Source of the DNA: Patescibacteria group bacterium
GTDB taxonomy: Bacteria > Patescibacteriota > Patescibacteriia > Patescibacteriales > UBA12465
Assembly: GCA_041664445.1 (NCBI GenBank)
Contig: JBAYKT010000002.1
Location: forward strand, 8,629 to 72,628
Direction: 5' to 3'
Length of the DNA: 64,000 bases
The position numbers were made by a program, and so were the translations under genes. The notes beneath the pieces were generated by a model. It did no database searches. It had not been told where the DNA came from and saw only the letters and a program-made list of their open reading frames with translations. This document shows positions 47,926-57,002 of the stretch, piece after piece (within the stretch, counting starts at the first letter, position 1; every line of letters begins with the position of its first letter).

Positions 47926-48099
47926 CTACATCTCAGCACGAACATTTTTTAGCTCTTGACTAGCTTTTAGGGCGGCCACATCTTGGCGTAAATCAGCTAC
48001 TGCCTGATTGGCATTTTTAAAAAATAACAATTTTTCTTCCGGCGTCGCTTGTCCGGCAGAAATTTTTTCGCCTAACTTTTTCGCCTCTTCAATTGTCAT
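47926..48099 (-). CDS. Small hypothetical coiled-coil protein, 57 aa; missing from the ORF track
   Basis: Manual translation MTIEEAKKLGEKISAGQATPEEKLLFFKNANQAVADLRQDVAALKASQELKNVRAEM; fills the gap after mscL. Confidence 0.6.
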   Translation of the reverse strand: MTIEEAKKLGEKISAGQATPEEKLLFFKNANQAVADLRQDVAALKASQELKNVRAEM

Positions 48100-48123
48100 A
48101 ATCGTTTTAATTAATAAATTAAT

Positions 48124-48573
48124 TTATTCATTTTTATTTTTCAATAAATCTCGAATTTCGGCTAATAATTCTTGGTCCTTAGTTAATGGCGCCGGCTTTT
48201 CATCTTTTTTCTTATCTTCTTCTTCCTCGTTGACTAGTCGGTTCTTAATTTTAGTCAGCACTTTGACCATAAAGAATATGGAAAGGGCGATAATTAAGAA
48301 ATCAAAAATATTTTGCACAAAAACACCAATATTCATGGTTACCGCCGGGGCGCTAATTGCACCCGCAGTATCTTGAACTGCTTGTTTTAATACTATCTTC
48401 CAGCTGGTAAAATCCAGCCCACCAGCAACTACACCGATAAGCGGCATAACTACATCCGAAACTAGTGAAGAAACAATTTTTCCAAAGGCGCCACCGATAA
48501 TTACCGCAACCGCTAAATCAACGACATTCCCTTTAACGGCGAAAGCTTTAAATTCTTTAAAATATTTTTTCAT
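48124..48573 (-). CDS. mscL: Large-conductance mechanosensitive channel
   Basis: EFKAFAVKGNVVDLAVAVIIGGAFGKIVSSLV, LLAEIRDLL. Confidence 0.98.
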   Translation of the reverse strand: MKKYFKEFKAFAVKGNVVDLAVAVIIGGAFGKIVSSLVSDVVMPLIGVVAGGLDFTSWKIVLKQAVQDTAGAISAPAVTMNIGVFVQNIFDFLIIALSIFFMVKVLTKIKNRLVNEEEEDKKKDEKPAPLTKDQELLAEIRDLLKNKNE

Positions 48574-48601
48574 ATTTTTGATTTAATCCGCCTATAAATA
48601 A

Positions 48602-51133
48602 TTAAACCCAAGTTACACCGGCAACATGATCGCTATCTTCCTTGAAGCGCATGATTCTGACTCCCTGAGTATCGCGTCCCAAAACATTAACCGATTTAAA
48701 CGGCGTTCTGATTACTTGACCATGATCGGAAATGATAATTAAATCCTTGTCCTCCATCGAATCAGCGTTAACCAAGAAAGCATTGGTAATCTTTCCGGTC
48801 TTGTCGGTTACTTTAGCTGTCTTAATGCCGCTGCCGCCGCGACCCTGAATTTTATAAGCACCAAATTCCGTTCGCTTACCGAAACCATTGGACATGATGG
48901 TTAAAATTTGATAATTTCGTTTTCGTTCTTTATCGGTTTTGGCGACTCCCATGCCAATTAGAGCATCATCTTTATGCAGTCTGATACCAAGAACACCGGC
49001 CGCGCCGCGCCCCATATCACGCACATCACTTTCTTTAAATCTAATTGCTTGTCCTTGAGAGGTTATCAACTGAATGTGGTCGGAGCCGGAAGTCGGCTTA
49101 ACCCAGATTAATTTATCATCATCCTTAATTTTAATCGCAATTAATCCGGAGCGTCGGACATTTTTAAAAGCTTCTAATTCCACCTTCTTGACCAAACCTT
49201 TTTGGGTAGCAAAGAATAAATATTTACTGAAGACTGCTTTATCTAGAGGCAGAATTGAGGATATTTGTTCGCCGCCAATAAGCTGTAAAAAATTAACTAC
49301 CGGCGTGCCTTTGGCAATTCGGGAAGCTTGAGGAATTTCATAAACTTTCAATTGAAATGCGCGTCCTTTAGTTGTAAAGAATAGAACATCATTATGGGTT
49401 AAACTAGTGAACATGAACTCAACCGTATCCTCTTCTTTGGTTGTCAGTCCCATTACCCCCTTGCCTCCGCGAGCCTGGACTTTGAAGGTGTCCGGTTCCA
49501 AGCGTTTAATATAGCCATCGCGGGTCATCATCACCACTGTTTCTTCATTAGGAACTAAATCTTCCATACTGAATTCGCCAACCGCATGAGGGACAACGGC
49601 AGTTTTGCGTTCATCACCATATTTTTCCGTCAGCTCTTTAAGCTCAGTGTTAACGATGCTTCTAATTTTAGCAACTGATTTCAAAATGCTTTCCAATTCT
49701 TTAATCAATTTTAATTTTTCTTTAAGCTCATTCTCAATCCGTTGCTGTTCCAAGTTGGCCAAACTTTGCAAACGCATCTCTAAAATAGCAATTGCTTGTC
49801 TTTCGGATAATTTGAATTTCTTAATCAAACTAAGCTTAGCAACTTCTTTGTCCTTGGAAGCTTTAATAGTTTTAATAACTTCATCAATATTTTTTAAGGC
49901 AATCATCAAGCCTTCTAAAATATGAGCTCTGTCCAACGCTTTATTCAAATCAAATTGTGTGCGGCGACGGACAACCTCTTCACGATGTTTAATATATTCT
50001 TCCAAAATCATTTTCAAAGTCAAAACTTTCGGCTGAATACCATCAACTAGCGCCAGCATATTGAAGTGGAAAGTTGTTTGCAAGCTGGTATGCTTGTATA
50101 AGGTATTTAAAATCTTTTTTGGATAAGAGTCTTTCTTGAGTTCAATAACTACGCGGACGCCATCTTTATCAGACTCATCGCGCAAAGCTTTAATCCCCTC
50201 AATTTTCTTGTCTCTTACTAAATCGGCAATCTTTTCTACTAAGTCAGCCTTATTAACTTGGTAAGGGACTTCACTAATAATAATTTGAAAACCGCCGCTT
50301 TTCATTTCCTCAATCTCCGCCTTACCACGCAAAACGACGCCGCCTTTTCCGGTCGCGTAAGCGTTTAAAATATCTTGTTTATTATAAATAATGCCGCCAG
50401 TTGGGAAATCCGGACCCTTAACAAACTGCGCCAACTCTTCAATACTGGCCTCTGGGTTAGCAATTAAATGTTCAATCGCCGCGGATAACTCTCTTAAATT
50501 ATGCGGAGGAATATTAGTGGCCATACCGACCGCGATACCCATAGTTCCATTCAACAATAGATTAGGGAGTTTAGCGGGCAAAACTTGTGGCTCTTTATGG
50601 CTACCATCAAAATTAGGTAAAAAATTAACCGTTTCCTTTTCAATATCAAACATCATTTCCTCAGAAATGGCCGATAACTTAGCCTCCGTATAACGCATCG
50701 CCGCCGCATTATCACCATCCATGGAACCGAAGTTTCCTTGACCACGAACGAGCGGATAACGCATCGCAAAATCTTGAGCCATTCTGACCATTGAATCATA
50801 AACCGCCGAATCGCCATGAGGATGATATTTACCTAAAACTTCACCGACAACAGTCGCGGACTTACGAAACTTCCCGCCCGCTCTTAAACCAATGCTCCAC
50901 ATCGCATACAAAATACGGCGATGTACCGGTTTTAAACCGTCACGAACATCAGGTAAGGCACGCGAAACAATAACGCTCATCGCGTAATCCAAATAAGACT
51001 TGCTCATTTCTTCAACAATTGGTTGTTCTTCTACCCAACCATATTCGGTTTTTTTGCGGACGTTGGTATTTTCTGGATCTGAATTATTTTCCAAGCGCTC
51101 TTCGTCTTGTGGTTCAAGCTCTTTTTTAGGCAT
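48602..51133 (-). CDS. gyrA: DNA gyrase subunit A
   Basis: [32 protein letters not shown], GyrA box QARGGKG, beta-pinwheel repeats. Confidence 0.98.
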   Translation of the reverse strand: MPKKELEPQDEERLENNSDPENTNVRKKTEYGWVEEQPIVEEMSKSYLDYAMSVIVSRALPDVRDGLKPVHRRILYAMWSIGLRAGGKFRKSATVVGEVLGKYHPHGDSAVYDSMVRMAQDFAMRYPLVRGQGNFGSMDGDNAAAMRYTEAKLSAISEEMMFDIEKETVNFLPNFDGSHKEPQVLPAKLPNLLLNGTMGIAVGMATNIPPHNLRELSAAIEHLIANPEASIEELAQFVKGPDFPTGGIIYNKQDILNAYATGKGGVVLRGKAEIEEMKSGGFQIIISEVPYQVNKADLVEKIADLVRDKKIEGIKALRDESDKDGVRVVIELKKDSYPKKILNTLYKHTSLQTTFHFNMLALVDGIQPKVLTLKMILEEYIKHREEVVRRRTQFDLNKALDRAHILEGLMIALKNIDEVIKTIKASKDKEVAKLSLIKKFKLSERQAIAILEMRLQSLANLEQQRIENELKEKLKLIKELESILKSVAKIRSIVNTELKELTEKYGDERKTAVVPHAVGEFSMEDLVPNEETVVMMTRDGYIKRLEPDTFKVQARGGKGVMGLTTKEEDTVEFMFTSLTHNDVLFFTTKGRAFQLKVYEIPQASRIAKGTPVVNFLQLIGGEQISSILPLDKAVFSKYLFFATQKGLVKKVELEAFKNVRRSGLIAIKIKDDDKLIWVKPTSGSDHIQLITSQGQAIRFKESDVRDMGRGAAGVLGIRLHKDDALIGMGVAKTDKERKRNYQILTIMSNGFGKRTEFGAYKIQGRGGSGIKTAKVTDKTGKITNAFLVNADSMEDKDLIIISDHGQVIRTPFKSVNVLGRDTQGVRIMRFKEDSDHVAGVTWV

Positions 51134-51143
51134 AAAGATAAAA

Positions 51144-51650
51144 CTAATAAGCTATTTGCGTAATTCCTTCGCAACCTGCCGGAATTTGGCAAGGCTTTGA
51201 TTCGCCGATAGTCGGCATACAATCTATATAAGATGGGCAATTATTATTGACTCTGTTTGGCGGGGTAGGTAAAACGGTTTCGTTAGTCGGTGAGCTCGTC
51301 GCCATCGTACTGGAAGCGTTATTAAACATTTCGGTAGACGTGGCTTCGCTTGAAGAAGAATTTTTATTAACCTCTTCCATTACGCCGTTCAAAAGCCCAT
51401 TAACGTCTTCTTTTAACTTGGCTTGTTGCTCCTGATCTTTGATTTTTTCAGTAGCTTCGCTCAGGGAGTCGCCGATTTCTTTTTTAAGTTCATTTAGTTT
51501 AGCGACATCAGGACTTTTTTCGGCGCGCAGTTTATTCATCTCAAAAACATTCTTCAAATTTAGAAACCAAAATAAAAAAATAACAACCGCTAACGAAGCG
51601 ACTAAAATTTTTGTTAACATGAGTTTTTTCCGGCGCTCCTCTTCCGTCAT
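51144..51650 (-). CDS. Membrane-anchored hypothetical protein with S/T stalk and a C-terminal four-Cys module
   Basis: N-terminal TM, coiled coil, SSSSEATST stalk, CPSYIDCMP...CQIPAGC. Confidence 0.65.
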   Translation of the reverse strand: MTEEERRKKLMLTKILVASLAVVIFLFWFLNLKNVFEMNKLRAEKSPDVAKLNELKKEIGDSLSEATEKIKDQEQQAKLKEDVNGLLNGVMEEVNKNSSSSEATSTEMFNNASSTMATSSPTNETVLPTPPNRVNNNCPSYIDCMPTIGESKPCQIPAGCEGITQIAY

Positions 51651-51660
51651 ATTATTTAAA

Positions 51661-52263
51661 CTATTCTTTAATGCCGTCTAAATTGACATCATACAAAATC
51701 TTCTCGGCAATCAAAGTATATTTCAATATCTCTTCTTCACTAAACCAAAGCGGGATTTCTCTCGCTGCGTCTTCAACCGGATCGGAACAATGGACTAAAT
51801 TGCGAACGGCTCTTTCATCTAAACTCGCGAGTTCATAAGAATCTAAAGTGTAGTCACCGCGAATTGTTCCGCCATCAGAAGATAACGGTTCGGTCGCGCC
51901 CACAATTTTCTTAACAATACCGACAGCTTGGTTTCCCTCCCAAATCATCGGGACAATCGGACCGCAGCTCATAAATTTAACCAAGGCACGAATAATATCT
52001 TTACCATACTCAATGGCCTCTTTTTCAATCGGCATTCCAGCTGCTTTTCTTTCTTCAACTGTTCTTTCGCCTTTCTTTAAAAACCAGGCATCATCTTTAG
52101 CATAATGCTTCCATAGCTGGTCTTCAGTCGCCATAACCATCTTCATGGCCACTAACTTTAAACCAGTATTTTCTATTCTCTTAATAGTTTCTCCAATCAA
52201 CCCGCGTTGAACAGCGTCCGGTTTTAGAATAACAAATGTTCTTTCTTTTTTAGGATTAATCAT
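51661..52263 (-). CDS. ndk: Nucleoside-diphosphate kinase
   Basis: ERTFVILKPDAVQRGLIGE, GTIRGDY, NLVHCSD. Confidence 0.95.
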   Translation of the reverse strand: MINPKKERTFVILKPDAVQRGLIGETIKRIENTGLKLVAMKMVMATEDQLWKHYAKDDAWFLKKGERTVEERKAAGMPIEKEAIEYGKDIIRALVKFMSCGPIVPMIWEGNQAVGIVKKIVGATEPLSSDGGTIRGDYTLDSYELASLDERAVRNLVHCSDPVEDAAREIPLWFSEEEILKYTLIAEKILYDVNLDGIKE

Positions 52264-52297
52264 AAATTTTGTTTCCCTTTATCTTCGGGATTTGGTA

Positions 52298-52942
52298 TTA
52301 AATACTTAATATTACTAGCTCCATATCTTCTTGCGGAAGATCTTTTTTAGAAATTTTTAATTTTTCTTCATAGGTCGGCTTGAGACCTAATTCTTTAATA
52401 AATTTATCAACCGGATCAATATCCATTTTTAAATCCGGAGTTTTATAATGCATCGGAATTACAATTCGCGGTTCAATTTGCGAAATCACTTCAACGGCCG
52501 CTTTGGCATCCAGTGTATATTTCCCGCCAACCGGAATTAATAAAATATCGGTGCCCACTAATTTTTCGAGCTGAGTGCTATCTAATGGTCCGCCCAAATC
52601 TCCCAAATGAGCAATGGAAACATCGTCCACTTCCATTCTATATATAATGTTGCCGCCGCGCTCGGAGCCTTTCTTGTCATCATGAAAAGAATCAATTCCT
52701 TCTACTAGAACGCCCTTAAAATCATATTCACCGGCACAATCTATTACAAATGGGTTGCCGCGCAAGGCGCTGGCATTGTTATGGTCATCGTGATCATGAG
52801 AAATAGTTATAATATCGGCTTCAAAGTTAGGGACTTTCAAGCCAGTATTTTTGCCATAGGGATCGGTCACAACTGTTACGCCCTCGGGTCCAATTTTATC
52901 TTGAATTTTAAAGCAGGAATGTCCTTGCCAAGTGATAATCAT
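52298..52942 (-). CDS. Metallo-beta-lactamase-fold hydrolase
   Basis: WQGHSCF, SHDHDDH, HLGD, IPVGG, IPMHY. Confidence 0.9.
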   Translation of the reverse strand: MIITWQGHSCFKIQDKIGPEGVTVVTDPYGKNTGLKVPNFEADIITISHDHDDHNNASALRGNPFVIDCAGEYDFKGVLVEGIDSFHDDKKGSERGGNIIYRMEVDDVSIAHLGDLGGPLDSTQLEKLVGTDILLIPVGGKYTLDAKAAVEVISQIEPRIVIPMHYKTPDLKMDIDPVDKFIKELGLKPTYEEKLKISKKDLPQEDMELVILSI

Positions 52943-53068
52943 ATAGGTATTACAATAAAAACGGGCTTATAACCCTAAAATTATTATAGCAAACGGAATG
53001 TCCGCGGTCAACCGCCGATAATAGCCGTCAAGCAATAAATATGGCTAATTATTAACCAATTTGGCAAT

Positions 53069-53103
53069 AAAAAAGAAGCCCCATCTTTTGCAAGAGGGGC
53101 CTC
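53069..53103 (-). terminator. Intrinsic terminator after the 53132..54127 gene
   Basis: gaggcccc...ggggcttc stem with a T-run on the minus strand. Confidence 0.65.
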
Positions 53104-53131
53104 AAAACTCATTATCTACTTAGGAGTAGAA

Positions 53132-54127
53132 TTACCTGGAGCTTGGACGCTTAAAATCCATAATTGTGATATCATTTCGACTAATCGAAATGTTTTGCTC
53201 TTTGGACTTGCTTCCAGTCATCAGCGGTTTGTTGGAATCATCTACCAACAAGATTAGGATGGCTTGGACAGGTAAACCGTCCGGACCCTTGTATTGGATT
53301 GGGAGAATATTCCAACCAACATATAAGTCGAGACGAGTCGGAACATTATCCGACACAACTTTGCCTAAAGAAGCACCTTCAGCAATAATAAACGGAAATC
53401 CTAATTTGGAAACGATGACCTTTTTGGTCAGTTTGCCGTCATTGGCTTTCATGATGTTTTCTGGTTTGATTTCCAAAATGTCTTGTCCTTCGACAATAAT
53501 TTTGTCGACAATTGCCCAGGTATAATTTATACCATTTTTAGTGGAAGCATCTTCCTTTTCTTCCATTAAGAGGGCGGGAAACATTATTTCCCCAGTTTTG
53601 AGAGTCGCACTACGGCTCGATTGTTGACCAGAAGCCAGGGCTAAACCACGGAAAGGTTCCGAGGGAACAAAAAGGCTTTGTCCTTTTAATCCATTTTTTG
53701 GCTTAACAGTGGCATAACTCCACCAGTCATCAGGACTTTGGGCCTGATTACCGGAAATAGCAGTGCCGCCAAAATCAGCGGTAGCGCCTTTTGTTTGAGA
53801 TATTTCCTCATCTGCGACAGAAGCGTCGGGCTGGTCGTTGTTAGCTGGATCAAAATCCTTCAAAACGATTCTGCCTTTAGTCACCCGGCGAGCAAGATTA
53901 ACTGATTCCTTCAAAACCAGTCCATCATAATATGCCAGTGTAAACTGACCAACACCACCTTTTACGGTAATAGAGAGCTCTTTGGAAGCACGAGCGTTAA
54001 TAATCTGGTCGTCGACCAAGATTTTTTTAGCGGTCGCATTGGCAACCAAAACATTTTGTTTTTGAGCCCACGAGCTCATCGGGAATAAAATTCCTAACAA
54101 CAAGAAAAACAAGATACTTTTTTTCAT
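53132..54127 (-). CDS. Secreted hypothetical protein, 331 aa
   Basis: Classical signal peptide MKKSILFFLLLGILFPMSSWA-Q; no family recognised. Confidence 0.7.
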   Translation of the reverse strand: MKKSILFFLLLGILFPMSSWAQKQNVLVANATAKKILVDDQIINARASKELSITVKGGVGQFTLAYYDGLVLKESVNLARRVTKGRIVLKDFDPANNDQPDASVADEEISQTKGATADFGGTAISGNQAQSPDDWWSYATVKPKNGLKGQSLFVPSEPFRGLALASGQQSSRSATLKTGEIMFPALLMEEKEDASTKNGINYTWAIVDKIIVEGQDILEIKPENIMKANDGKLTKKVIVSKLGFPFIIAEGASLGKVVSDNVPTRLDLYVGWNILPIQYKGPDGLPVQAILILLVDDSNKPLMTGSKSKEQNISISRNDITIMDFKRPSSR

Positions 54128-54205
54128 GATTTCTACTATTTTAAGGTTAAAAAATTTTTAATGAACTATAAAGTTTGAGCCAAAATAAAAACATTTTGAC
54201 CCCTA

Positions 54206-54234
54206 ACTATATCATTCTTATCTAATTTTGTCAA
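54206..54234 (-). promoter_or_regulatory. Near-consensus sigma70 promoter of the 53132..54127 gene
   Basis: Minus strand TTGACA-17 bp-TATAGT with an extended TG. Confidence 0.65.
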
Positions 54235-54247
54235 TATTTTATAAATA

Positions 54248-55099
54248 CTACCTAATTTCAGCCAAAATATCTATCGTGTCATTAATATCGGTGCGCTGAA
54301 CCTCAATCCCCATAATTTCCGCTCTATCTAGAACCTCTTGATTGGGATGTCCAAAACGATTATCTTTTCCCACCGAAATTATCATTTTTTGGGGTCTAAC
54401 TGCCTTCAAAAAAGCCTCTGTATTAGAAGTTTTGGAGCCATGATGCGAAGCTTTAAAAATATCCGCACGTAAATCAAAACTACTTTTTATTAACGCACTT
54501 TCTGCTGCCGCTTCATTATCACCAGCAAATAAAAATTCATGGTCAGCGCAATCCAATTTGGCCGTCAAGGAATTATTTTCGTTATCTTTAATATTCAAAC
54601 TAGTAGGATTTATAAAAAACAAACGGCAATAGCCATCCAAACGCAAAGTACCGGTTGTTTTTATATTTATTAGCGGCAAATTTAATTTTTTAATTTCTTC
54701 TTGAAGCGCCATAACTGCCGGCGAAGAAATTTCTGAAGATACAAAAATAATTTTAGCAACCTGATAACGTTTTAAAACTTCAACTAATCCTATTATGTGG
54801 TCATCGTGAAAATGACTAATGATAATATAATCTAAGCGGCGAATATAAAAAGGCAGCACTTCTCCCAAGCGATGCAGAATTAAATTATCCGGTCCGCCAT
54901 CAATTAAAATATTTTTATTGCTTGGCGTTCTAATTAAAATGGCGTCTCCTTGGCCGACATTAAAAAAATAAACATGTAGAAGATTTCTCCTTACTGAAAA
55001 AATAAATAAAAAAATGCCGAACAATAAAATAAATCCGATAATAATTAAAAAATATTTATTTTTTCGGCAACGCGCTATTGTTTTATCTTTTTTAAACAT
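54248..55099 (-). CDS. Stand-alone ComEC/Rec2 C-terminal metallo-beta-lactamase-fold nuclease domain with N-terminal TM
   Basis: NVGQGDAILI, IDGG, SHFHDDHIIGL, FAGD, KASHHGSKTS, NRFGHP. Start set at MFKKD (55099). Confidence 0.88.
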   Translation of the reverse strand: MFKKDKTIARCRKNKYFLIIIGFILLFGIFLFIFSVRRNLLHVYFFNVGQGDAILIRTPSNKNILIDGGPDNLILHRLGEVLPFYIRRLDYIIISHFHDDHIIGLVEVLKRYQVAKIIFVSSEISSPAVMALQEEIKKLNLPLINIKTTGTLRLDGYCRLFFINPTSLNIKDNENNSLTAKLDCADHEFLFAGDNEAAAESALIKSSFDLRADIFKASHHGSKTSNTEAFLKAVRPQKMIISVGKDNRFGHPNQEVLDRAEIMGIEVQRTDINDTIDILAEIR

Positions 55100-55225
55100 A
55101 TATTCCATTATAAACAATAGCGCCTAAACGCGCCCTAAAAACAAAAACCATCCTGATTCCGCAGGACGGCCTTTGTATAATTTTTAAATTGATAAAATCT
55201 ATTAAAAAGTAATAAATTTTAAAAA

Positions 55226-55381
55226 TTATTTTTTCTTGGCGGTTTTCTTCTTAGGAGCAGCCTTTTTAACAGCTTTTTTTACAACCTTCTTAGCCGGTTT
55301 CTTAGCAACCTTCTTAACGGCTTTCTTGGCTGGCTTCTTAGCAGCAACCTTCTTCACAACCTTTTTTGCTTTCTTTTTCAT
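55226..55381 (-). CDS. Histone-H1-like Lys/Ala/Val/Pro-rich peptide, 51 aa; missing from the ORF track
   Basis: MKKKAKKVVKKVAAKKPAKKAVKKVAKKPAKKVVKKAVKKAAPKKKTAKKK; strong SD-like AAAGGGGGTGA upstream; hairpin plus T-run downstream (about 55138..55177). Confidence 0.8.
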   Translation of the reverse strand: MKKKAKKVVKKVAAKKPAKKAVKKVAKKPAKKVVKKAVKKAAPKKKTAKKK

Positions 55382-55515
55382 AATTCTCACCCCCTTTCTT
55401 AAAAAAATTTTTTGTTTTTTTTCTTTTGATCAAAAAAAAATTTTTTATTTTTTATAATATACTTAAATTATACAACTAATAAAAATAACTAGCAATAGTT
55501 TTTTACTTTTTTGTA

Positions 55516-55554
55516 AAAAAAATCTCCGGCGCCGGTAGCGCCGAAGAAATTTTT
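55516..55554 (-). terminator. Probable terminator after glyQS
   Basis: GC-rich stem cggcgc/gcgccg flanked by A/T runs. Confidence 0.55.
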
Positions 55555-55600
55555 ATCTGCCAAACTATTTTTTAAAATATTTTTTCTGGGATTTAAACGT

Positions 55601-56989
55601 TTAAATTTTTTCTTGAAAAAATTTTCTTAAATCATTTATTTTTATTCTTTCTTGTTTCATGGTATCGCGATCGCGCACCGTCACTTCTTCATTTTCCAAA
55701 GTATCAAAATCTACTGTTAAACAATAAGGGGTACCAATTTCATCTTGACGACGATATCTTTTACCGATGTTACCGTTATCATCAAACTCCGAACGCCAAT
55801 CTTTTTTTAAATCATCAAAAATTTCTCTGGCTTTAGCCACTAATTCTGGTTTATTTTTTAATAACGGGAAAACAGCAATTTTAACTGGGGCTAACTTCGG
55901 TGCTAAGCGCAAAACAGTTCTCATTTCTTCTCCCACCGCTTCTTCTTGATAAGCTTCGCAAAATACGGCCAAAAAAGTTCTACCGACGCCAGCTGAAGTT
56001 TCCACTACATGCGGAATAAATTTTTCATTGGTGGTCGGATCCAAATAATTTAAATCTTGTCCAGAAAATTTACTATGTTGGGTTAAATCATAATCGCCGC
56101 GAGCATGGACTCCTTCTAATTCCTTAAAGCCAAAAGGAAAGTTATATTCAATGTCATAAGCTTCCTGGGCATAAAAAACTAAATTTTCATGCTTATGCCA
56201 CTTTAAATTTTCGGGGGCAATGCCTAAATCAAGATAAAAATTGAAACGGGTCTCGCGCCATTTTTCAAAATAGACCATATCATCTCCCGGCTTTACGAAA
56301 TATTGCATTTCCATCTGCTCAAACTCCCGCGTTCTAAAAACAAATTGACGAGCAGTGATTTCATTGCGAAAAGCTTTGCCGATTTGCGCAATTCCGAAAG
56401 GAATTTTAACTCTGGCGGTATCAACTACATTTTTAAAATTAACATATATACCCTGACAGGTTTCGCCACGCAAATAAGTCGGCTCTTTAGACCAATCACC
56501 GGTAAAGTTCCCTAAATTTGATTGCACTAATAAATTAAATTTCTTTCCAGGAGTAAAATCTTGCGCCCCGCAACTCGGACATTTTATTTTTTGCTTATTG
56601 TCTTCAAAAATTTGGTTAATTTCGTCTTCGGTCATTTTTTCATCAGCAAAAATTCCTGCCTCCTCTAATAAAGAGTCTAAGCGCAAGCGACTATGGCATT
56701 TGCGGCATTCAGTGAGCGGATCGGAAAATCCCTTAACATGGCCGGAAGCTTCCCAAATTTTCGGATTCATAAAAATAGCAGAATCCAAACCTACAACATC
56801 ATCACGTAATTGAGTCATTGCCCGCCACCATTCCTTCTTAATATTGTTAGCGAGTTCCACGCCATAAGGACCAAAATCATAAACCGCTGGAAAGCCGCCA
56901 TAAATTTCCGAGGATGGAAAAACAAATCCGCGGCGTTTAGCGAGAGAGACTATTTTTTCTAAATTATTCTGGGCTTCACTTTTCTTCAT
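55601..56989 (-). CDS. glyQS: Glycyl-tRNA synthetase, alpha2 (eukaryote/archaea-like) type
   Basis: KRRGFVFPSSEIYGG, WEASGH, LRGETCQG, GKAFRNEIT, FRTREFEQME, IGKRYRRQDEIGTP. Confidence 0.96.
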   Translation of the reverse strand: MKKSEAQNNLEKIVSLAKRRGFVFPSSEIYGGFPAVYDFGPYGVELANNIKKEWWRAMTQLRDDVVGLDSAIFMNPKIWEASGHVKGFSDPLTECRKCHSRLRLDSLLEEAGIFADEKMTEDEINQIFEDNKQKIKCPSCGAQDFTPGKKFNLLVQSNLGNFTGDWSKEPTYLRGETCQGIYVNFKNVVDTARVKIPFGIAQIGKAFRNEITARQFVFRTREFEQMEMQYFVKPGDDMVYFEKWRETRFNFYLDLGIAPENLKWHKHENLVFYAQEAYDIEYNFPFGFKELEGVHARGDYDLTQHSKFSGQDLNYLDPTTNEKFIPHVVETSAGVGRTFLAVFCEAYQEEAVGEEMRTVLRLAPKLAPVKIAVFPLLKNKPELVAKAREIFDDLKKDWRSEFDDNGNIGKRYRRQDEIGTPYCLTVDFDTLENEEVTVRDRDTMKQERIKINDLRKFFQEKI

Positions 56990-57002
56990 ATATTTTTTAT
57001 TT

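Noticed and set aside
48008-48376. Plus-strand 122-aa ORF
   Set aside because: It is antisense to mscL and to the 57-aa minus-strand ORF, with no independent support.
50790-50830. Quinolone-resistance substitution in GyrA
   Set aside because: The QRDR reads HGDSAVYD, with the wild-type Ser and Asp at the positions equivalent to 83 and 87.
55226-55381. Short repeated DNA units suggesting a CRISPR array or tandem repeat
   Set aside because: The repeats are degenerate codon-level repeats of a KKxA peptide, with no constant repeat-spacer structure and no cas genes.
55236-55457. Plus-strand 73-aa Phe/Leu/Ala-rich ORF that looks like a membrane peptide
   Set aside because: It is the reverse complement of the Lys-rich histone-like ORF, which has the SD and terminator.
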